Source: Iphione sp. A-MEVVRFRX5 (lineage: Eukaryota). From it: a stretch of 64,000 nucleotides of DNA. The position numbers and the translations under genes were made by a program. Positions 23,640 to 38,600 of this stretch are shown piece by piece. Numbering within the stretch: the first letter of the stretch is position 1; the number at the start of each line of letters is the position of its first letter. The stretch is from positions 10,044,001-10,108,000 of the forward strand of contig OZ320320.1 of the NCBI GenBank assembly GCA_976226885.1, given 5' to 3'. The notes under the pieces are model-generated. The model was given only the letters and a program-made list of their open reading frames with translations, searched no databases and was not told the origin of the DNA.

Positions 23640-26600
23640 CTCCCCCCCACGTAACATCCTCTCCATTGTCCTTAAATTCATCCAAATCTCCAAATGTCCT
23701 TCATGATTCTATACTAGTTATGATGCAGCTATTAAATACAACATGGCTAGCTCACTCACACATACTCTCTGTGTATGTGTGTTTTTGCTTTGTGTGTGTG
23801 CATGTCTCTCATACTGGAGCACTAAGCTAAAACAATCCGCCCCGCCACCCATCTCCCTCACTATACTGGAGCACTAAGCTAAAACAATCCCCCCCCCGCC
23901 ACCCATCTCCCTCACCATACTGGAGCACTAAGCTAAAACAATCCCCCCCCCCCGCCACCCATCTCCCTCACCATACTGGAGCACTAAGCTAAAACAACCC
24001 CGCCCCCCTGCCACCCATCCCCCTCATCATAGGGGAGCACTAAGCTAAAACAATCCCCCCCTGCCACCCATCCCCCTCATCATAGGGGAGCACTATGCTA
24101 CAACAGGTACTGCCCCCCTGCCATCCATCTTCTTCACCGTACTAGGCGGTACACCACTTAAATAAGGTGAAGTCCAAGGAGAGGGATGGGGCAGGATCCT
24201 GTGAGTAAACCCAGAAGCTCCCTGACCAGACCCTGCATGGGTGACGAGGACCCCCTGGTGCTCTGATGGGGATGGCAGTGTGTACACCTAGACACAAGCT
24301 GTAACCAGAACTGGTATTGACAATGATGGTCCCGCTAGTGAGAAACGATACAGAAAAATCTCCCTTATATCCGAGAGAAGGCATAAAGCAGTATGACATC
24401 ATTTTATTCCTCATACATCGTAACCTAAAGTACTTGTACTACTTCTCCCCTGAACCATCGAGTCCGAGGACGACGCCACATGTCATAGTGTTCAATACAT
24501 ATCGACAGTCACTGTAACTGCCACTAGGTGTCTCTGCTGAGCCCGATAGAAGGAACGGTCGTTGAAGTGACCACGTGTCAAGAAATGCGACTAAGACTTG
24601 AGAAGGGTGGGTCTTGGTGAGATACACTGCTAGCGGATGATGATGATGATGATATGAGGTGGAGGCCTGGGGGGTGGATCTCCTTATCAGCCACTATCTC
24701 CCTCACCTCGGGACAGACCGATGTGATGCTGCTTACCTAACATAACACAGGGGGGGAGGGGGGATCACGAGGTGTGTATGTTATCTACTGATAAGAGAAG
24801 AATAAGGCGAATCGATACCTTCCAGGTGGGGATCAACTACACCATCGAGGTGATCAACTTCACAGGTGATTCCTCCCTCAAGTATCTTCAACATTCCGAA
24901 CACATGTAAAGATGGAAGGGATGATTCTCAAGGATAAACAAGTAGAGGAGACTCTCGTAGAAATGTAGAGGAGGACTGGGGTGGTGTGCAGGAACCCAGA
25001 GCAGTCTTTCTTTTTATTAAATCTCTATACAGTGAGCCTCGGCCGAGGGTCTAAGGGTCACTGTGGTTACCCCCCAGAATTAGAGCAAACATTTAAACAG
25101 AGCAAACAGAAACGTTTCAGTGAAGACTAAAAGTGATTGTAAAATAAGACATGTCAGAATTCCGTACATAGTCCTCTGTTTGAACAGAACATACAGAGTG
25201 TAGAGAACTTATAGAAAGTTAGTTATTCAATACAGGAGACGAGGATGATGTGTCCTATCACAGCCGGAGCTATCTTGATAACAGGTCACATGGTGCTAGT
25301 GTGATGTCAGCGTCACTATAGCAACTCCCAAGGATACATAAACAAGAAGTTACTTGTAACTAAATGCAGCGGTTATTTACACAGGTGTGTTGATTCTTAT
25401 GTTCTACTGAAATCAGCATGGGTTGATGCGAGGTTTCGCCAAGTCTGGCTCATCACGCATCATGAGTGCAGCTGTTGTCGACGCATTCAACATTTGTTGA
25501 TATTTGTTGCCAGGAGACCAAATGAGGTCCCCTGGGTCTGTGACTGATCAAGTTGGTTACAAGGAGGAAATGTCTTCCAAAGCTAGATTGTGACTGAAGG
25601 CTACATCGTATGTAGGGAAAATATTTTTTAGATTATTTATTGATAGCAGACATTTCGTCCGTTTGACGGTCTTCTCCTACTTTAGTTTACTTGTATCAGA
25701 CAATTTTCTCCGGTATCACTATTTGTGAAGGTAAACTCGACACCAACGTGTATAACAAAAAATGCACACAACTAAAATCGGGCACCTACCAGTTACAGAC
25801 GTCATTTCCCACCATGGCATAGAAGACCAGCAGGGGGACATCTGTCTTGTTATTCCGGGACAAACTGTAGAAGAACAGAGAGAAAAAATGCAGATGTAGA
25901 TATTCCTGCCCTGAATAATTACGACATACATGTACATGTACAATACTGAAAAATATTACTAAATAGAAAGCAACAGTGTCTAGGGCTGACCAAATGGGTA
26001 TAACGCTATAAACAACTGACGTCTGCTGAAAGGATAAAACACAGTACAGTATTACAGTAATGAGTGGTGAACCTCAATGGGCAATCCTGTAGTGGAGTAC
26101 TGTATGGTTCGGTGTGGTGAACCTAAACAGTCAACGATAGATTGCTGTCATCAGCGGTAAAGTGTGGTGAACCTCAATGGCCAATCCTGTAGTGGAGTAC
26201 TGTATGGTTCGGTGTGGTGAACCTAAACAGTCAACGATAGATTGCTGTCATCAGCGGTAAAGTGTGATGAACCTCAATGGCCAATCCTGGATTGCAGTGA
26301 CCCACCGCAAGGTGCCATGAACCTCAACAGTCGATCCTTTAGTAGATTAACCCATGTTCAGATGTGGTGGCTTGAACTTTAAAAGCCAAAGAGTACAGTA
26401 ACATTTTGCAAACCTAAATGGTAAATCCTAAAGTACAGCTACCTAAGGTGAGGTGTGGTGAACTGTAACGTTCAATCCTGTGTAGTGAACTGTAATGTTC
26501 AATCCTTCAGTAGAAAAACATTTTGTTACCATTAACCGTCAGTGCACTAATGTATCGTGAGGTGTGGTGAACTACAATGCTCAGTCTTTCAGTCTTACAG

Positions 26601-29600
26601 TACACTAAAATATAGTTAGGTGTGGTGAATCTCATCAGTCAGTCCTAGAGAACAGTAACACATGATGACATACGGTGAATTTTAGCAGTCTATTCCAGAG
26701 TGCAGTAATGTATGGTAAGGTACAGGGACCTTCAGTGGTCTACGCTAGAGTGTAGTAATGTATGGTAGGGTGCGGTGAACTTCAGCGGTCTATCCTAGAA
26801 GGTACTAATGTATGGAAAGGGTTATTGAACGTCATAATTCAATCTCAAACCAAACAAATGTTCCTGAAAATAGGGGGACTTACCTATTCTGAATATGTTG
26901 CATATCAGTTGAGTCAGCACCTATAAAGGAAAAAATTGATATTTGTTTTACATGTGTTTTGATAAAAAAAAATTTTAAACAAAATTTGTGTGTGTTTAGC
27001 AATCGCCTAGCAACTTGGTTTGAGATACATATAAACTAACCAGAGATAGTGGCAGTAACTGTGAAAAGAGGAAGAGTGATGTTGATAGTTACCATTCACC
27101 CCAAGGTTCTGGAAGTCTCGATGGTTGCAGCGGTTCCTACGACGAAGGCGGAGATAGATGGAGTCCACTGGTCCCTGGATCACTGGCCACTGATTCTCCA
27201 TGTAACCTGACAGACAGATACACTGGAAGGTCAATCTCACAGAGGAACCTCTGCATTTTCAAATAGCTAGCGGGGAAAAATCGAAGAATGATCACGTAAA
27301 ATGCTTTCCTGAGAAAAATCTGAAAAGACACCATTCACATGTTCAATGAGTTTCTCATACATATCACGAGATTTTGCAGACACGTATACATATTACTTAT
27401 ATCAACCATTTGCCATACACCTGAAGATGGGATTTCCTTGTGTTCAGTTGTCTTAATTGCGATGTAGCCTTTAATAAATCTAGATCCAGATCGTTGAATG
27501 GAGTTTGTAGCTCTTTTCATTCCTTACTATATAATACATATATGTGCATATTAATACATAAAACATACATGTACATATACATACATGCACACAGATATAA
27601 TCCATTATAACTTCAGCTATGAATGGGAACATTTCTTCCCATTTTACAAGGAACATCCTGTCCTCATGATAAGCAAATGAAACAATGATCATCATGATGC
27701 AGCTGTTAGCTACAAAGTGGAGAGCCTCCTCCCTCCTTGCTGCCCGCCCGCTGACAGGATGTTATTCATGTGGCTGGCAGCAGTGCACTCCCCTCCTGAT
27801 CCCCATCCCCCCTAGACCCCAGCTGTCCAGCAGGGTGGCTACTCTTTGGCTCACTCTTCACACAGCCTCCTCACGCGTCTCATCAGATGGCGTTCTAGCA
27901 GTGGAGAGCAGGCTCCCTCTCACTAATCAACTCTACCACAGGGCCTCCTCTCCAGTGATGACCTTAAGTTAGGAGCTACTGATGTTAAATATGAAGGTGC
28001 TGCATGATGCCGTCCTTATGTACAAGTTACCCCCCTACTGAGGATAATGGACGGGCACCAGGCACACACCGAACACTCCCAACATATCACCTCTAGTCAA
28101 GCCCCACTGATGTGAACACTGATGGGACTGCACCAAACTGTTCTCCTATACAGTTTATCTATTTGGAGATTCCAGAAATTCCATCAATCAGACGGGGGCT
28201 CGAGGTATACAATGGAGAGTTACGTAAATCCCACAAGGGGGCACCAGGTATACAATGGAGAATTACTTTTATGCTTCTAACTTGTAGTCAAGACCAACTT
28301 ATGCAGATGAATGAATATAGTGGCTTCTAGCAATTTACAATCGCGGAGGAAATTCTATGAAACCTTTCCCCGGTAAATGTGTCCCTGAGAAGAACTAACC
28401 TGTGGCAGCCGACAGCATTGGCCAGTCGAACTCGTTTTCAATGACGAATGGTAAGAAACTCAACAGCTTCTGTATAATACAAAAATGAGTGTCAACATTG
28501 AAGGAATGAGTATCAGCATAACAATGGAGTTTGTGTCAGCATAACAAAGGAGCGAGTGTCAGCATTACAAAGGAGCGAGTGTCAGCATTACAAAAGAGTG
28601 AGTGTCAGCATAACAATAGAATGAGTGTTAGCATAACAAAGGAGTAAGTGTGAGCATTACAAAGGAGTGAGCGCTAGTATTATGAAGGAATGAGAGTCAG
28701 CATAATAAAGGAGTAAGTGTCAGCATAACAATAGAATGAGTGTTAGCATTTCAAAAGAGTGACTGTCAGTGTTACAAAGGAATGGATGTCAGTATTATGA
28801 AGGAATGAGCGTCAGTATTATGAAGAAGGAATGAGAGTCAGCATAACAAAGGAGTGAGTGTCAGCACATGGGGATTATGTTGGTTGCTCAATGATAATTC
28901 TACTTATATATCTAAGAATTAGGCTGCATGGAATCATGTACATTACTATTTAACACAAAAACAACAAGAAAAGACAGTTTACAGGGACTGTGACCTATGG
29001 AACAACTCCAACATCAGTTGATGATAAATACATAGTTTACTGGGAGTTTATTCTCTAGTACCAGCCTACTGGGCTATTTGGAAGTAGATGTCCCATGTCA
29101 CCTGGGTAAAATTACAATGTACAATTAAAAGGAAAGGAATCATTTATGGAAGCTAGGTGACGGGGGTGGTAGGTAAAACTGACAGGACTGATGAAGCTTG
29201 GGCCTAGGTAAAATCCCAGACCCACAGTCACAGGGATAATCATATTACCAGCTCTAACAAGATAGAGTTGAACCTCACATCCCTTGGTTTAAAGACTCGT
29301 TTCTCTTATTCCTTACCTCGTTCGCGAACTCGGAGGAGTTGACCCACTGGTGTGGGATGTGGAAGTGGGCAGTGACAGAGTCTCCCAAGGCAGCCACTCC
29401 CATCTGTCCACTACCTCCACAGTAGAGGTCCTCGTATGGCCGACCTGTCTCCTTGTCAGCACCCTGCAACCAGAACCAAACACCAACTCACACTATGCCA
29501 CCGTTACATGGTTCAGCATTCTGCAACCAGAACCAAACACCAACTCACACTATGCCACCGTTACATGGTTCATCATCCTGCAACCAGAACCAAACACCAA

Positions 29601-32600
29601 CTCACACTACACCTCAGTTAATTGGTTCGGTGTCCTGTAACCAGAACCAAGCAGCACCTCATGCTATGCTATGGTTACCTGGTTCAGCATCCTGTAACCA
29701 GAACCAAACACCAACTCACACTATGCCACCATTACATGGTCCAGCATCCTGCAACCACAACCAAACACCAACTCACACTACGCTACGGTTACATGGTTCA
29801 GCATCCTGCAACCAGAACCAAACATGCACTCACCCTACACCAGGCTTACATGGTTTTACTTTGAGGACATGTTTTTTTCTGGCAGGGAATCTGGCAGGAA
29901 TGCATGACCACTGTCATGCCAATATTAACAAACTAATATGCCATATGGGAAGCGTAATCTCACCAATGACTGCCCTCACTAATGCTGGCCCAGAATACAC
30001 ACATGAGCACTCTGTCAGACTTAGATCCTAACACAGTGGTCTTCAGTGAAGTTATAATAGATATGTGTTCTAATGTCTAATATATATATACATATTATAT
30101 GATAGAACATGTGAGATCACGAGGTCCAACAGTCAGTTGTCTGGGATGAAGATAACAAAGATAAATGTCACAACTTTCAGAAACATCAGAGAATATAACC
30201 ACTTACATAAATGCCATTACAATTGGTATCCACAAGGACGTCCCACAACTCCGGTCTGGAAAGTAGGACAAAACTCTATTAGAAACACAATAAATCCAGC
30301 TTTTCACTCTGTATCTGCACCCCAAGGCTATATACAGACTGCACTTTCAGCCCAGGGGTGGTTGAGGAGTTTGACCTGCACGTTTCAACATGCTGAGGGA
30401 GTCTAATGTACCACAAGGTACTGATAAGACAGAGAATTCCTGGTAAGATATACTTTGAAGTCTGATATCATTCCCCAGCCAAGGCATATACATACATCCA
30501 CCAATCAACTGTTAGTTCTTACTTGGCTCCGGGATGAATGTGTTGTAGGAAGTCATCACAGTCACGTCCCCTCCACAGTGCTCCCCGCAGCGTCTGTCAA
30601 GGTACCAGAATATGAATCTTAAATAAGATTCCTTTACCAACTTATTTTCAACTGGATATGCAGCAAACTGCCCTCATGTGTTTGTAAAGTTTACTTACAA
30701 TCAGCTGCTCACTTGAAAAACTTATTCATGTCAATAAGCAATCCCTGCCACTGGTCTTACAAGTTTTAAGTTGTAAGGTGATGTCATACATGTACATAGA
30801 CTTATTTACTGGCATTACACTCTGTCGACTATTAGGTTGGGTTATTAGGTGATGTCATACATGTACATAGACTTATTTACTGACATTACACTCTGTCGAC
30901 TATTAGGTTGGGTTATTAGGTGATTTCATACATGTACATGAACTTGTGTACCTGCTTGTACCACACTTAGTCGACTATTAGGTTGGGTTATCAGGTAATG
31001 GTATACATGTATATGGACCTGTTTATTTACTGGTATTACACTCAGTCAACTATTAGGTTGGGTTATCAGGTGATGTCATACATGTATATAGACCTACTCG
31101 TATCACACTCTGTTGAATATAAGGTGCAGATGATCGCGATGTTTACCGCCGCCATATTGAATTCTCTACCTCTCCTTACTTAGAGGCTCAATAAAGCACT
31201 TCCTGTTTACCACCAGCTCAGATCTGCTCCTTCTCTCTACATGGTGTCAGAAGTAAACTAATGCTACAAAGTCATCACACAGCTAAGTTACCTAAAAGTA
31301 TTATTATTTTAAAGGAGAACAGGTGTAGATGAACCTGTGAAAGTTTGAAACTTGAAAGCTTCTGAATAAGGACATATTTTATGATAGTCTCTGTTAGCAT
31401 CACCATGTGCTCCTTTGTCTGTGCCTACACCATGTGCTCATAGGGACTGTACTGTCTAACTAGTCACTGAAATTGACAATATTACTGGGAAACCCACAGT
31501 TTGCTGAGTTTAATGTAATATTGGTGACAAGTATTGCACAAGAGGATAGACAGACATAGGATATTTGAAGAAATAGAAGAGTGACTGTGCCTTTGCATAC
31601 TGACAGTTTACCAGTTGAGTAAATAGAACTGTTTACATCTAATACAAGGAAGTCAAAATTACAATGGCGCTGGTCGGTATACCTGTTCCTGCTGCGATGT
31701 CAGTCGAGGGAAATGTAGCTGAGAACTGGAATTATTTTCGGAAAAGTTTCGAAAATTACTGCATAGCAACTGAACTTGACAAGAAACCAAACACTGTGCA
31801 AGTAGCGACGCTGTTATCTGTGATGGGTAAGGATTGCAACATGATCCTTGAACACTTGACAATTTCGGAGGAGGAACGAAAAAATCCAAAGCAAACTCTC
31901 GATGCCCTTGAAGCGTATTTTAAGCCCAAAGCGAATCCCGTTTATGAGCGATATGTTTTTGGCACAGCTACGCAAAAGTCGGATGAAACTGTTGACGCTT
32001 TCATCACAAGGTTGCGTATGTTAGCGAGTACCTGCGATTACGGCACTCTTGAAGAACAGCTGATACGTGATCGGGTTGTGATTGGCATTCGCAACAACAA
32101 CGTTAGGATGAAGCTCCTTTGGGTCAAGAACCTGACTTTAGACGCGGCAACAGAGATCTGCCGAGCTACCGAGATTGCGATGAAACAGTTGCAGACCCTC
32201 AGCCTGAAAGAGGATGCCTCAGTGCATTATGCACAGAAAGGCAAGAAGAGAGCAGACAAAGCGTCGAGCAAGCCCAATACAACGTGCAAGTATTGCGGCG
32301 GAGAGCATGCATACGACCGAAGTGTTTGTCCCGCATTTGGAAAAACTTGCAACAAGTGTCAAGGGAAGAATCATTTTGGCAAAGTTTGCATGTCGAAGAA
32401 AAAGCAAGGTACGAGTTCTGGCCAGTCCCACATCACTGACCGCAGTCAGAAGAAGAAATATTCAAGGAAGAAGGTGCACCGCGTAGATGAAGATGAGTCT
32501 TCCGATGAAGAACCCATCTTTGTTGTGTCCGGTCGCAACAAGGACAAGCACCAGTATTTCTCTAACCTCGCATTTGAACAGCCTGATGGAGGGAAGCACA

Positions 32601-35600
32601 CGATCCGATGCCAGCTGGATTCCGGAGCAACGTGCAACATCATGACGCATCGGGACTATTGTGCTGTCATGCAGAGCGATGAACCTCGAATGCTGCCCTC
32701 ATCCACCCGCCTGAGGATGTTTAACAGGACCACAGAACATGTCCTAGGAGCAGCCCGGCTACATGCGACAGTTAGCAACAAGCGAAGATTGCTACATTTT
32801 GAGATCATCAAGGATGGCCCAGGCACACTCTTGTCTGGCAATGCATGTGAGAAGTTGAAGCTGATCGACTTCAATAAAGAGGAGGTTGTCCACGCGATAT
32901 CTTCAGAGGAGCTCACACAAGAACAAGTCTTTAATGACTACAAGGACGTCTTTGAGGGACTTGGAAAAATTGGATCGTACCACATTGAGACAGATCCATC
33001 CATTCCCAGCGTGCAGAATCAACCAAGACGGGTGCCAGTCCCACTACAAAGTGAGCTAAAGTCGAAACTCAAGCAACTAGAACAAGATGGGATCATCGCA
33101 AAAGTGACTGAGCCAACCAGATGGATCAGCAACATGGTGACTGTGAAGAAACCTGGGAAGCTGAGAATCTGCATAGACCCGAAAGACCTGAATAAGGCAA
33201 TACGCAGACCACACTTTCCGATGAGGACCATCGAAGATGTTGCGCCCCGCCTTGCAAAGTCACAAGTGTACAGTGTGGCCGATGCGAAAGATGGATTTTT
33301 GCAAGTCGAACTTGATGAGGAGTCTAGTTATCTTACTACTTTTTGGACTCTACAAGGAAGGTATCGATGGCTACGCATGCCATTTGGCATCAGTTCAGCC
33401 CCAGAAGAGTTTGGCCGACAACTCACCGAGAAACTTGAGGGCCTCAACAACATTGAAGTCATCGCCGATGACATCCTCGTCTATGGATCAGGTGACACCT
33501 ATGAAGAAGCCGTTCGCCAACATGATGCTGCATTCATCAAACTCCTTGAGAGAGCCAGAGCGTGCAACCTGAAGCTTAACAAAAGGAAGCTAAAGTTCAA
33601 GCTCACATCAGTGGCATACATGGGACATGTCATTGACAGCAAAGGTCTCTCTCCTGATCCTGAGAAAGTCAGGGCAATTGTTGAGATGCCTCAGCCCGAA
33701 GATGTACAAGCTGTACAACGCTTACTCGGCATGACCAACTACTTGGGCAAGTTTCTCAACAAGTTATCAGAGGTCTGCGAACCTCTGCGACGTCTATGCG
33801 ACAAGGACCGCCCCTTTAAGTGGCTACCGCAACACGAGACAGCTTTTCAAAGAGTGAAGACGATGATCACAGAAGCACCCGTTCTACGCTACTACGACGT
33901 GTCACAACCAGTCACTGTTGAGTGCGACGCAAGCTCAGTAGGTCTGGGTGCAGTGCTGATGCAAGGAGGTCAGCCCGTGTGTTTTGCCAGCCGAGCGTTG
34001 TCGAAGACCGAGCAGAATTACTGTCAGCTGGAGAAGGAATGCCTAGCTATCTGCTTTGCATTGGAGAAGTTTGACAATTATGCCTTAGGAAAGCACGTCA
34101 CCGTATTGAGTGATCACAAGCCCCTCGAGATGATCTTCAAGAAGTCGATTCTAACTTCTCCAAAGCGCCTGCAAAGGATGAGACTGCATCTACAGAAATA
34201 CGACCTGACAGTCTGCTACAAAAAGGGCCCAGAAATGTTTGTCTCTGATGCACTGAGCAGGGCCTTTCTCCCATTGCAACCAGGGCATGTCGACACAGAG
34301 TGCCTAGTCTACCAGTTGGGCACTGAAGACTCCATTTACACTGAGTTGGAGACCACAGACAGTTCACTTGATGTGTCTGTGAGCAGCGAAAGGTTGAGTA
34401 GGATCCGCCTCCACACAGCCAAGGATGTAGTCCTACAGCAGTTAGCAAATGTCATCAACGTTGGATGGCCTGATGACAAACAAGCCATTCCCGAGGCCGT
34501 GCGAGAATACTGGCCTGACCGAGATGAACTTGCATGCAGTGATGGACTCCTGTACCGTGGTACCAGGGTGATCATTCCCCGAGACATGAGAGCCGAGATG
34601 ATTGAGAAGGCACATGCCTCTCACCAAGGGATTCAAGCAACCCTTCGTCACTGCCGTGGTGTCATCTACTGGCCAAGGATGAACGCTGAAGTCACAGATG
34701 CTGTCAGGCAGTGCAGTATCTGTTGCGAGTCAGCCGTGAATCAACAGAAGGAACCAATGATGAGTCATCCAATTCCAAATTATCCCTACCAGATTCTGAG
34801 CTCAGATTGTTTCGAGCTCGAAGGAAGACACTATGTTGTGGCTGTTGACCACTACAGCGACTTTATCGATGTTGATGAGCTACCGAACATGACGTCGAAG
34901 TCAGTGATCAAGTTCCTAAAGCGAAACTTCAGTACACATGGAATCCCATCAGTTCTCATCACCGAGAACGGAACTAACTATGTGTCGAGTGAGTTTGCAG
35001 AGTTCACAAGGAAGTACGAGTTCAAACACGTCACCAGCTCACCACATCATCCACAAGGTAATGGCAGAGCCGAAGCAGCAGTAAAAGTTGCCAAAAATCT
35101 GATGAAAAGGGCGAAGAAGAACAAGACAGACATCTACATCATGCTGCTTGAACAACGCAACACACCATCCCAAGACCTGGACTCCAGTCCAGCACAGCGA
35201 CTCATGTCCAGATGGACAAGGTCATTACTACCTGCAGCCGAAACAAAATATATGCCTCACATTGTCAACACCGTACCTGAAAAGCTGGCTAAGAGGAAAC
35301 AGAAGAACAAGCGCAGCTATGACCGCAGCAGCAAGCCATTACCACAGTTGACAATCGGACAACCAGTGCGAGTCCAAGCGAAACCACAAACATCGTCTGC
35401 TTGGACTCTAGGCACAGTACAAGAAAAGGTTGGTCCTCGCTCCTATATAGTCGATGCCAATGACCAGCTGTTACGACGAAACCGTCACCACTTAAGGGAG
35501 ACTCAGGAAAGGCTTGACACACCTCACCAATCAAGCCCTGCACCACCACAGCCAGTGATTGTGCCAGTCACGAACCAGGCACCTGTTCCAGTATGTCCAC

Positions 35601-38600
35601 AGCCTGAGTCTGTTAGTCCAACCAAGACCCCTTCAGGCAAGCCGAGAGCAGTTACGAGATCTGGTCGCACATCCAGACCACCAGCATACTTGGCGAAAGA
35701 CTATGTTAAAAAGTAACAACAAGATGTTACACAATGGCCAGAATAATGCCAGTAACATCACAGGAATGAGCCACAGTCTATGGCAATGATTTCCTTATTA
35801 CGCAAGTTGATTTTATTATTTTGATTATCACACTTTCACTTCTCAACAATAGTTGCTTAAAGATTATTCACATGCAAAGTCAATTACAGACATTTCTTCA
35901 ACTTGAAAAAAAAGACTCTTCAGAGACTCTTTCCAGATCTTACGAAACTAAAGAACTTTCTTAAACATTTAAGCTTTTGAAAAAAAGGGAGATGTAGATG
36001 ATCGTGATGTTTACCGCCGCCATATTGAATTCTCTACCTCTCCTTACTTAGAGGCTCAATAAAGCACTTCCTGTTTACCACCAGCTCAGATCTGCTCCTT
36101 CTCTCTACATAAGGTAAGGTTATTCTGTGATGTTCTTGCACCTATGTACTTACCTTTATCGTACTGAACCCATCACCATCGAGGTCCACACCTGGGAGGT
36201 TGTTTTCTGACACCCTGCAAAGAAAGGACAGAGAATGCCTGGTGTATGTATATATCTGTCCAGCTGTTTCCCTGACCCTGTCCATCCTGTTATCTGTCTT
36301 ATACGACACACCTGTCTGTCTTTCTGTTCTGCTAGGTCCCCTCTTTCTCCTCCCTTTGGAGAGGTCCGATAAGTTGCATCGGCTAAGATGAAAATTTCTC
36401 TCCCTCTGTTTGTCTACCCACATACTATATTTTAAATGGTACTTCTTCTAAAAGACCGCAGAGTAATGGTGTCCCCACCGGTAAGGGTAAGCGACTGACT
36501 TATTGGAGAAGTGTATCCCTCAATGGTATCTTGGAGACACTTCTACCACAGCAGAGCCTGACTATAGCGGACCCTAACATTAAAGATACTACCCTAATCC
36601 CCACCGTAAACTTGTACTATATTAATAAAGAATAATAAATAATGAATAATACATTCTGAGCCTTGAAGTACTCAGGATGGCAGCTGAATATCGGCAGTGG
36701 GGAGGGGTGTTGCTAGACTAGAAGCTACAGGAGCAGCTCATCCTGAGGGCAACTCAACTAGGAGAGCAACTCAGAATTTAGGAGAAATTTTCTGGTTCAT
36801 AAAATATTCGCTCACCTTTTAATGATATCACACACAGCTCTGACGCCAGGGATCGTGCAGATGTCAAACGCATTCACCTTCAGCTGAAAGTGAAACTCTA
36901 ACCTTAGATACACATATAGCCATTATGGAGGACTTTTAGTCACAGGGAAAGTCACGAGGACACACGTGTTAAGATGAGCGAAATGTTGTAAAATGCTACA
37001 CAGTACTATTCTAGCCATCTTCGTATTTCTGGTTGTGTATTTCATGTTACTTACTGATTGGAAGTATCCCTTGGCAACCTGGTCCGCCAGCCATTTTTCT
37101 TTCTTCAGTTTTACCTAAGGATGGAAAAACATCAGTATGTTGACAAGAGCAGAGATGTGCAGCTAATCATAGTCAGCCTGCAAGTTATCCACGTTCATCA
37201 AATTAAAAGAGGAATTATCTTCATATCCACACTGAGGTGAAATATACTCGATAAGTGGTAGGCACTTGGATTCACTACTGACCCCATGGTCAGTGGGAGC
37301 TTCCTAACAATGGTGGGGTTTGGGGTAATGAGTATAGGTGTGGAACACATGCTTGAGGCTGGTAGACACCATAGATTATTAAAGAGGCATTTAATAGAGA
37401 CAAAGATATTGAGTGGTAGGAGGCATAGTTTGAAGCTAAATATGTTCAACTGCCTGCTACCCATTACTCATCCATGGAATAAAGCGAGCAATTTATTCGT
37501 GTTTAAAAGATGCTCCGTAATCTTCCACACAATGATACAGGTACTCTATTTGTAGTATAATGTTAACCAGTCACCAGCAAGTGCTGCCACGTAGTGTCTA
37601 TAATGGGAACTATGTCTCTGTAATAATAGCCAATCAGGATTCAATAAAAGATTCACCTCCTGTATGACCATGTGCTGAATAGAGCTGCTCAAAACAAAAC
37701 AACTCAGTGTTATTAGTTATTTCTACATGGTGGCAGCGGTCAAAAGAACCTGAAAAGTTCACAGAAACAGACTGGAACAGCATTTCAGCTGGAGGAGGAA
37801 GAAGTTAGGGAAAACACCAAATCTAAGGTGGGAGAAAACCTTTTTTGATACTGTCAAATTAGAGTACCGTAGGCCTACCTCCTTTGTTCTCTACTCACAT
37901 ACCTCCAAGAAGTTTATAAGTGACTTTGAAAATAACTACAGTAACCTGAGACTGACTACCAGCAAGTATAGTGCTGGATATAATTATTGTGTAGTGGTGA
38001 TCCGACCAGTTAGACACCAAGCCCACAATAAATTACTGATCCAGAATGGCAGCCTACCAGATACCCCCACCAACCCCCATGAGCCTACAAGGTGATATTG
38101 TTGAAAACTGGAAGGATTTCAAACAAGCATGGGGTCATTATGTGATCACTACCGAGTTGGTGAACAAGATGAAGGCCGCAGATAGGTACACCTAACAAAG
38201 CGGGGATGCTGCAGGTCGCATCTACATTGTGTAGTGTTATGGGGAAAGACTGCATGAAGGTGATGTACAGTCTGCCCTCTCTCTCGGAAGCTGACAAGAA
38301 AGACCCTGAGAGAATAATAACACAGCTTAGGGAGCATTTTGTACCGCAAAGACACGTCTTGTTTGAACGCTATAAATTTAACACAGCCAGCCAACAGGCT
38401 AGCGACACTGTTGATGACTATGTGGTCTGACTGTGACAACTAGCAGATTCATGCGAGTTTGAAAACCTGAAGGACAGTCTCATACGTGATCGGTTGGTCA
38501 TCAGAACGACTGACATAGCAGCGCGAGACCGACTCCTTCATGAACGACCCGTCCCAGATCCCAAGAGGTGTGTCGAGAGTCTGCATGCAAGTGAATTATC

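Noticed and set aside
24100-25560. Plus-strand exon-like snippets (e.g. GDEDDVSYHSRSYLDN, VGINYTIEV)
   Set aside because: No phase-consistent, stop-free model and no recognisable domain.
25649-25677. Hammerhead-ribozyme/Penelope-like fragment (minus strand GAAGACCG..CGGACGAAA); similar at 45020-45065
   Set aside because: The catalytic core is incomplete: CUGA is missing at one site and GAAA at the other.
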